Assembly (NCBI GenBank): GCA_963921275.4
Contig: OZ001293.3
Location: forward strand, 256,001-320,000
Origin: an uncultured Hormoscilla sp.
GTDB lineage: Bacteria > Cyanobacteriota > Cyanobacteriia > Cyanobacteriales > Desertifilaceae
Direction of reading: 5' to 3'
DNA length: 64,000 bases
Under the pieces are notes generated by a model. It made no database searches. It had not been told where the DNA came from and saw nothing but the letters and a program-made list of their open reading frames with translations. This document shows positions 56,991 to 64,000 of this stretch, piece by piece. Every line of letters begins with the position of its first letter. Within the stretch, counting starts at the first letter, position 1. The translations under genes and the position numbers were made by a program.

Positions 56991-58502
56991 ATGGCAGTCC
57001 ACTCACAAAATCCAATCGAATTCGGCACCGATGGCTGGCGAGGCGTAATTGCCGCAGATTTCACATTCGATCGGGTAGCATTAGTCGCGCCCATAGCCGC
57101 TCAAGTGCTAGCCCAAGTTTATGGTGACACCGTCCCTAACAACACCGTTATCGTCGGTCACGACCGGCGCTTCATGGCCGAAGACTTTGCTCGCACGGCA
57201 GCTGAGGCAATTGCAGCGGCGGGGTTTGATGTCCTATTGACTGAGACCTATGCCCCCACGCCGGCTTTTAGCTGGGCCGCTAAGGAAAATAATGCCTTGG
57301 GGGCGATCGTCATCACGGCTTCTCACAATCCTGGAACATATTTGGGCTTAAAAGTCAAGGGGGCTTTTGGCGGATCGGTTCCCCCAGAAGTAACTAAACA
57401 GATTGAAGCTCGGTTGCACGAAGAACCACCAGTAGTTGCTCGACCTGGAACGATCGCCAAGTTCAATCCCTGGTCCAGTTACTGCGAAGTGCTAAAGTCA
57501 AAAGTAGACATTGGATTGCTCGAATCTGCCATTACGGAGGGGAAACTAACGGTGTTTGCGGATGTGATGCATGGTGCAGCTGCCGGTGGGCTAAGCCAGA
57601 TAATCGGGGCGCCAATTCGGGAAATAAATAGCGATCGGGATCCGCTGTTCGGTGGCGGTGCGCCGGAACCTCTACCCCGTTACCTGTCTGGGTTGTTTAG
57701 CTTGATGCAAAATCACGAGCGTGCGGTGTCTCCTGGGAGCGCTGCATGCGCTGCGCGCACGCAGCGCGATCGCACTACCCAGGAGACACCGCACGGAGAC
57801 TTAGTAGTAGGATTAGTATTTGATGGAGATTGCGATCGCATCGCTGCTGTAGATGGGCAAGGAAACTTTCTCAGTTCCCAGTTTTTAATCCCTATCCTCA
57901 TCGGACACCTAGCAGCAAGAAGGAGATTTACCGGGGAAGTAATCAAAACTATCAGCGGTTCTGACTTGATTCCCCGGGTAGCGAGTCTCTACGATCTGCC
58001 AGTACATGAGACAGCAATTGGTTTCAAATATATCGCCGATCGCATGTTATCAACCCAAGTCTTAATTGGCGGTGAAGAGTCTGGGGGCATAGGCTATAGC
58101 ACTCATATTCCCGAACGAGACGCCCTGTTGTCGGCCCTGTATGTGCTAGAAGCAGTCGGACAATCGGGTGAAGATTTGAGCGCTCTTTATCGCCAATTGC
58201 AGCAGGAAACGGGTTATACTTCCGCCTATGACCGGATTGACTTGCCTCTGGCCAGTATGGAAGTGCGATCGCGCATCTTTGCCCAACTGCAAGCCAACCC
58301 CTTAACGGAAATTGCAGGTAAATCTGTGGTAGATTGTAACGGAGTGGATGGCTACAAATTTCGCTTAGTAGATGGCAGCTGGCTGCTAGTACGCTTCAGT
58401 GGCACCGAACCCTTGCTGCGGTTATACTGTGAAGCAGCTACCCTCCCACAGGTACACCAAACTTTAGAATGGGCAAAAGTGTGGGTAAATTCGATCGGAT
58501 AA
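56991..58502 (+). CDS. Phosphoglucomutase/phosphomannomutase family protein
   Basis: FGTDGWRG, TASHNP, FDGDCDR, GGEESGG, RFSGTEP. Confidence 0.96.
   Translation: MAVHSQNPIEFGTDGWRGVIAADFTFDRVALVAPIAAQVLAQVYGDTVPNNTVIVGHDRRFMAEDFARTAAEAIAAAGFDVLLTETYAPTPAFSWAAKENNALGAIVITASHNPGTYLGLKVKGAFGGSVPPEVTKQIEARLHEEPPVVARPGTIAKFNPWSSYCEVLKSKVDIGLLESAITEGKLTVFADVMHGAAAGGLSQIIGAPIREINSDRDPLFGGGAPEPLPRYLSGLFSLMQNHERAVSPGSAACAARTQRDRTTQETPHGDLVVGLVFDGDCDRIAAVDGQGNFLSSQFLIPILIGHLAARRRFTGEVIKTISGSDLIPRVASLYDLPVHETAIGFKYIADRMLSTQVLIGGEESGGIGYSTHIPERDALLSALYVLEAVGQSGEDLSALYRQLQQETGYTSAYDRIDLPLASMEVRSRIFAQLQANPLTEIAGKSVVDCNGVDGYKFRLVDGSWLLVRFSGTEPLLRLYCEAATLPQVHQTLEWAKVWVNSIG
57722..57790 (+). repeat. 45-nt hairpin element with a 24-nt repeat in its loop (69 nt), in frame in the PGM/PMM gene
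   Basis: Arms GGTGTCTCCTGGG/CCCAGGAGACACC; removal gives in-frame HER|HGDL. Confidence 0.85.
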
Positions 58503-58515
58503 AAACAGTATAGTT

Positions 58516-59130
58516 ATGAGTGCCAAACCAGAGATTGACAGACTCACAAAAGTTTTGCTAATAGAGTGGCGATCGCTGCCCAATGCAGGGGGCATCTACC
58601 TAGCAATTGATGGAGCAGAACGAGTATGGTATGTAGAACAAGCTGCTGACATTCAGGAGCGATTTCAGTATCGCGATCGCCTGTTGCAGTTTCAGGATAA
58701 TGGCGTGACTCATATAAAGTGGAAAGAGTGCGAAGATGTCTGGGAACGCCAGCAGGTAGAGCAAGAGTTGATCGCCTACTACAATCCCCCATTAAACGAC
58801 GAACATCACCCCAACCGACTGCCAACAATTAACCTGGGGCTAACAGCAAGAAATCGATCGTTATGTGGAAATCAAGCAAATGCTGACAATGCTGAATAGG
58901 GAAATGAATGAGTTGAAGTATAACATTGTCTCGCGACTAGAATAACACGATGGCAAGCTGGAAACAGCAGCAGCAAAAATATCTCTGCAACGACGAAAAT
59001 ATTGGCAGTATTCTCCCGCCGTAGAGGAACTAAAGCAGCAACTCGCAGAACTCAAGAAACGAGAGGAGAAAGACGGGAAGACGATCTGCTCCCACGATAG
59101 CTTGTATCCAGTTGTACGGTTGTTATGATT
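58516..59130 (+). pseudogene. GIY-YIG-like nuclease domain protein, degraded
   Basis: LPNAGGIY...WYV..A.DIQER...E..LI.YYNPPLN; broken downstream frame. Confidence 0.6.
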
Positions 59131-59166
59131 GATGTAAAATCGCTCAACTGGAAGCAAACCTTTTAA

Positions 59167-60179
59167 CCCACATTCCGCAGTCAGTGGAGCGAGGCTTTAG
59201 GTTTATGAAAGATACGATGTTTTTTACAGATAGTGTTTTTATAAAATCTCCCAAGCGGATTGAAGCTTTGGGTTTGATTATGGCTTTATCTTTGTTAGTA
59301 TATACAGTCGCTCAACAGCAAGTGAGGTTAAAACGGACGAATGAAGTTGTCAAAAATAAGTTAGGTAGTCCTACTTCTAGGCCAACTTTACGTTTTATAT
59401 TTCAATGTTTTCAGTCTATTCATATCTATAAACCACAGCGTTAAACGGATTTCAAATATTAATGAAGAGCGTTTACACTTGTTAAAATTCTTTCCTCCGG
59501 CATGTCAGCGGTACTATTTACTTATGTAAACCCTGTAAAAAAATGTTCAATAATAAGTCTTACTCAGGGTAATTTTACCTCTGAGTAGCTCTCTTATGAG
59601 CAATAAGAGGGCTTGAGGATCATAATTTTATATCAAGTAGGTTTGCTGTTGTTGATGGGTGTGGTCAAAAGTAGTTGATATCCTGGCCAAAAGGATTGCG
59701 CTGCGCGCACACGCTTCGCGTAGCGATCGACGCTGGCAGATTACATTGTAGCGCCCGTAATACTAAATTTTCGTGTTACGTGTAATCATAAATAATACAA
59801 AGCCAAGGGAGAGCCTTGATGATAGATTACATAGTAGCGCCCGTAATACTAACCTTTAGTGTTACGTGTAATCATAAATAATACAAAGCCAAGGGAGAGC
59901 CTTGATGATAGATTACATAGTAGCGCCCGTAATACTAACCTTTAGTGTTACGTGTAATCATAAATAATACAAAGCCAAGGGGGAGCCGCTTATCAACCGG
60001 TGAAATCGTCATAATTTTACTTTTTCTTTACCAACTGGTTTTGACCACACCCGTTGTTGATGGATATAAGTTTTTGGGTATTTTAAGGGACACAGTCGCG
60101 AGATTTTAATATATTAGTGAGTGTGTAAGAGTTGAGCATATGTATTATTATGTAGTACTATTGTCGTGCGGAATATGGG
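59167..60179 (+). mobile_element. Internally deleted IS1634-family element
   Basis: TIR CCCACATTCCGCA/TGCGGAATATGGG; TSD TTTTAA; VERGFRFMKD...SPKRIEAL...RPTLR. Confidence 0.88.
59657..60052. mobile_element. 396-bp MITE carrying three 86-bp tandem units
   Basis: TIR GGGTGTGGTCAAAA (shared with 49834); 9-bp TSD GTTGTTGAT; units start at 59739, 59825 and 59911. Confidence 0.88.
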
Positions 60180-60281
60180 TTTTAATGGCAGCTTGGCGAA
60201 TTGCTAATATTAATGAAAGATCGAGTCACAATTAACCATTCACAATTAACCATTCACAATTAACCATTCACAAAATCTCAA

Positions 60282-60857
60282 ATGACAGTATTAGTAGTTG
60301 CTACCGGCAATCCAGGTAAAGTCAAGGAAATGCAGGCATATTTGGCTGATTTGGGCTACAAATTGCAGCTCAAACCAAAGGATTTGGAAATAGAAGAGAC
60401 GGGCGATACCTTTATGGCCAATGCTTGCCTGAAAGCCTCTGGGGTAGCAAAGGCGACTGGCCAATGGGCGATCGCCGATGACTCGGGTTTAGCAGTAGAA
60501 GCCCTGAAGGGAGCTCCTGGCATTTATTCTGCCCGTTATGGTAGCACCGATGACGAGCGGATTAGCAGGTTGCTAAAGGAATTGTCAGATGCTACCAATC
60601 GTCGAGCCCAGTTTGTCTGCGCGATCGCGATCGCCCGTCCGGACGGTAAAATTGCCCTGCAATCTGAGGGCGTCTGTGATGGAGAAATTCTCCACCTTGG
60701 GCGTGGGACTAGCGGTTTCGGCTACGACCCAATTTTTTACCTGAAAGAGCAGCAGCTCACCTTTGCCGAAATGACCACTTCACAGAAGCAGCGCTACTCT
60801 CATCGCGGGAAAGCCTTGTCGGCGCTGCGGTCAAAGCTGCCGCTTTTAGATTACTAA
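60282..60857 (+). CDS. rdgB: Non-canonical purine NTP pyrophosphatase (RdgB/HAM1)
   Basis: ATGNPGK, ADDSGL, PGIYSARY, GFGYDPIF, SHRGKA. Confidence 0.97.
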   Translation: MTVLVVATGNPGKVKEMQAYLADLGYKLQLKPKDLEIEETGDTFMANACLKASGVAKATGQWAIADDSGLAVEALKGAPGIYSARYGSTDDERISRLLKELSDATNRRAQFVCAIAIARPDGKIALQSEGVCDGEILHLGRGTSGFGYDPIFYLKEQQLTFAEMTTSQKQRYSHRGKALSALRSKLPLLDY

Positions 60858-60879
60858 GTCAGGGTCCCATCTGGAATCC

Positions 60880-61230
<351 letters not shown>

Positions 61231-61352
61231 TCAACTCAAACTTGTCCTGTAACTTTTTTTAGCATGGTGTTATTACCATCACTAGTCACTGACATTTATT
61301 CTCGTTCGCGTAGCGTGCGCGCAGCGCAATCCGTTACCAAAATTCCAATTCT

Positions 61353-61844
61353 TTAGCGCCGTTCTAAGAGGGGGCGGACAATCAAAAAGCTTGCAGCAAA
61401 GGCAAAGATGGCAATTAAAAAGATCGCGACAGCTAACCATATGCCACTCACCTCTGTTGCCCGGGAAGGCGGTTCCGGGCGACGATACCGACCCTCTTCC
61501 TGTTCGGCCAACAGAATTTTGTCCTTTGGTGCGGACGCTTCAGAGGGAACCGGTGCCACCACCGGTTCCCTTTTGAGTGCTATTGGCGGGCTAGTAACTG
61601 GTTCAAAGGAGTTAGCTACCTGTTGTAGGTAGATAACTGATTCGACAAGCTTTTGAATTTCCTGTCGCAACTGCTGATTTTGTCTGATTAACTGCTGATT
61701 TTCGGCTTTGAGTAACTCCACCGTTGTCTGGCTAGCTTGCATTTCTGTGGCTAACTCTCGGTAGACTGAAATCGGCACCGAAGGAGCGTAGTCAGCCGAT
61801 AGGTTTGGCGTTATTTGACTAGGTGCAGTCAGATTGTTGGACAT
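61353..61844 (-). CDS. Conserved coiled-coil protein with C-terminal TM segment
   Basis: YAPSVPISVYRELA motif, Q-rich coiled coil, hydrophobic tail. Confidence 0.75.
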   Translation of the reverse strand: MSNNLTAPSQITPNLSADYAPSVPISVYRELATEMQASQTTVELLKAENQQLIRQNQQLRQEIQKLVESVIYLQQVANSFEPVTSPPIALKREPVVAPVPSEASAPKDKILLAEQEEGRYRRPEPPSRATEVSGIWLAVAIFLIAIFAFAASFLIVRPLLERR

Positions 61845-61970
61845 ATGCTGCTTACATAGTAAGGGATTGTTTATGGGACTCGATAATTTTTCTAGCACAA
61901 TTTTTGCAGTAGACGACCCATGGATCGCAATATTGAATTAAAGCATCTATTATCCCATCGCAACAGTGCC

Positions 61971-62429
61971 ATGAATAGCCCGACCAGACCGATAGATTCA
62001 GATCTCCAGGGCGATGCTGCTGCGCAGCAGCTGCGCGATCGCACCCTGGAGATAAAGTATGGCGAGCGCCAGATAGCCGCAGTCAAGTTGATTACCTTCG
62101 ACAATCCTCGCATCGGACGCCGCTATGATATCCACATTACCTTGCCAGAGTTTACTTGTAAATGTCCGTTTTCTGGCTATCCTGACTTTGCCACGATTTA
62201 TCTCACCTATGTGCCGGACGAGCTGGTGGTGGAGCTGAAGGCTCTGAAGCTCTATATTAACGGCTTTCGTGATCGCCACATCTCCCACGAAGAGGCAGTC
62301 AATCTGATCCTGGATGAATTCGTCGCGGCCTGCGACCCCCTAGAAGCCACCGTCAAGGCCGATTTTAACCCCCGGGGCAATGTTCATACGGTGATTGAGG
62401 TCCATCACAGTAAATCTACTGAGGACTAG
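61971..62429 (+). CDS. queF: PreQ0 reductase
   Basis: [33 protein letters not shown]. Confidence 0.97.
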   Translation: MNSPTRPIDSDLQGDAAAQQLRDRTLEIKYGERQIAAVKLITFDNPRIGRRYDIHITLPEFTCKCPFSGYPDFATIYLTYVPDELVVELKALKLYINGFRDRHISHEEAVNLILDEFVAACDPLEATVKADFNPRGNVHTVIEVHHSKSTED

Positions 62430-63835
62430 CACTGTCTGGAGGATCCCTCGTTCCCTGGCTGCTCTCCTCTGCGGGATGCGCTGCCTGGGAACGCAAGCTG
62501 GTCCAAAATGGACATCAGTTCGCCCTCGAAGGCGACTTGGGCGCGGTTGGTTCTGCCACCCACGTAAAAGCGATCGCCCTGTTGCAGGGCCCAAACCTGG
62601 GAGTGAGAGACATAGCTCATCAGCACCCCCAGCATCAGCAGACCAAAGCCAGTATAAACGATCGGGATGCCCGGATCTGCTTTAATTTGCAAGCCAGTGC
62701 TGCCAATCACATCGATAATTTTCAGGGTAACGCCGTTGACTTCTAGAGACATGCCATTGCGGACCGTATTTAGCAGTTGACCAGCGTTATCATAAACCAG
62801 CATGGTTCCTTGTAAGTCTGCTGTCAACAGGACGACGCCAGCAGTTAACTCTGGTTTAGTGGGAATCCAAGTACCCCAGAGACGACCAACGCCTGAAGTA
62901 TCCAGCCGGGCCATCGGTAGTTGCAAGATGGGGCTGTTGTTGACTTGGATTTGGACAGCTGCAATTCCCCAATCTGCTTGATACAGTGTAACTCCCCGAT
63001 AACGCAGGGGCTTGTTAACGTGAATTGTCCTGTGTTCGACTTCCTCTCCCTGGGAGTCCAAGACTGACAGGTCCGAGTAAAATTGGTCGATCGCCCCTTC
63101 GGTAGTATAGTCAATCCAGAAGCGATTTACCCGCACTGACCAATCTTGGGGAATTTGCGATGGGGCCAAAGGACCGGCATCGACAATATGATCGATCTCA
63201 AAGGTTTCGCCACTGGGTATCATTTCCTGGGCCACAAAGCCTGTCATCTGGCCGACGATCGCCCCTGCTAGAATTATCAGCATACTAGCATGGACGATAA
63301 TGGGACCAATCTTGCCGACGATGCCTTTGCGGGCATAGAGGGAATCTTCTTCTCGGAAGATCCGATAACGAAGCTGTTGCAATAATGCTTCTAGGTCATC
63401 AAGGCGTACTGGATCTAATGACCTACTCAGGGCTAATTTTTCAAACTGGCTGGGTTTGTTGTAATATTTCCACCGTCGCGCTACTTTTAATGCGGGAAAT
63501 TGGCGGGTGAAGGTGCAGGCCGTCAGACTGCTGCCAAACAGAATGAGAAGGGATAAAAACCACCAGGTCCGATAGACATGGTCTAGTCCCAGCAAGAGGA
63601 TTACTTTCCAAGTTAGGAAGCCAAATAGGGCCGGATTTTCTGGATAGTTTTGCTGGTAAAATCCTAAGCTTTCCCCCTGTTCTATCACCGTCCCCGAAAT
63701 GCTGAATATGGCGATCGCCAGCAACAGGACGATCGCCAGTCGCAAGTCAGCCAGGACTGGCAATAACTCTTGCTTCAACCACTTCCGGGGTATTTCCCAC
63801 CATCTTTCATCTCTGGGCAAGTTTTCTGAAGTCAT
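62426..63835 (-). CDS. ccs1: Cytochrome c biogenesis protein Ccs1/ResB
   Basis: [44 protein letters not shown]. Confidence 0.95.
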   Translation of the reverse strand: MTSENLPRDERWWEIPRKWLKQELLPVLADLRLAIVLLLAIAIFSISGTVIEQGESLGFYQQNYPENPALFGFLTWKVILLLGLDHVYRTWWFLSLLILFGSSLTACTFTRQFPALKVARRWKYYNKPSQFEKLALSRSLDPVRLDDLEALLQQLRYRIFREEDSLYARKGIVGKIGPIIVHASMLIILAGAIVGQMTGFVAQEMIPSGETFEIDHIVDAGPLAPSQIPQDWSVRVNRFWIDYTTEGAIDQFYSDLSVLDSQGEEVEHRTIHVNKPLRYRGVTLYQADWGIAAVQIQVNNSPILQLPMARLDTSGVGRLWGTWIPTKPELTAGVVLLTADLQGTMLVYDNAGQLLNTVRNGMSLEVNGVTLKIIDVIGSTGLQIKADPGIPIVYTGFGLLMLGVLMSYVSHSQVWALQQGDRFYVGGRTNRAQVAFEGELMSILDQLAFPGSASRRGEQPGNEGSSRQC

Positions 63836-63841
63836 TTGCTA

Positions 63842-64000
63842 ATTGTTCATTGAGAATTGTTCATCGATCTGTAGGGTGGGCATTGCCCACCTTATCGCTT
63901 TTTTTCCTATATTGAGAATTGTTCATCGATCCGTAGAGTAAGCATTGCCCGCCTTACTGTTCATCGATCCGTAGGGTGGGCATTGCCGACCTTACCGCTT
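63842..64000. repeat. Tandem REP-like hairpin repeats (about 3 copies)
   Basis: TGTTCATCGATCYGTAGGGTGGGCATTGCCCACCTTA units; related hairpins at 41352 and 42126. Confidence 0.8.

Overview
Chromosomal window from a cyanobacterium. Evidence: abundant HIP1 GCGATCGC octamers, heptamer tandem repeats, xisH/xisI and ccs1. A filamentous lineage is likely but inferred. Intact housekeeping blocks are ppc; purC-bamA-lpxC-fabZ-lpxA-lpxB; ilvC; amidase/map; an ABC transporter; rplS-trnW-secE-nusG-rplK-rplA-rplJ-rplL; pgm; rdgB; glnB; queF; and ccs1. They alternate with heavily decayed accessory DNA: pseudogenes, nested IS elements (IS4, IS1, IS982, ISAs1, ISKra4-like, IS1634) and MITEs. There are four group II intron copies, including an ORF-less intron nested inside another intron (twintron), and a DUF2282/DUF692/DUF2063 (bufferin-type) RiPP cluster split by an IS982. 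The most striking unexplained structure is a family of 45-nt (15-codon) hairpin micro-elements, TTCGATGTC...AGCGC-N5-GCACTA...GACATC. At least 14 loci show covarying stems, no obvious target duplication, in-frame insertion into ppc, bamA, lpxC and pgm, and repeated insertion into themselves. A 56-nt sister family shares the same termini and has a matching empty site in this window. Coordinates were read by eye and may be off by a few bases; family names come from motif recognition, not database searches.
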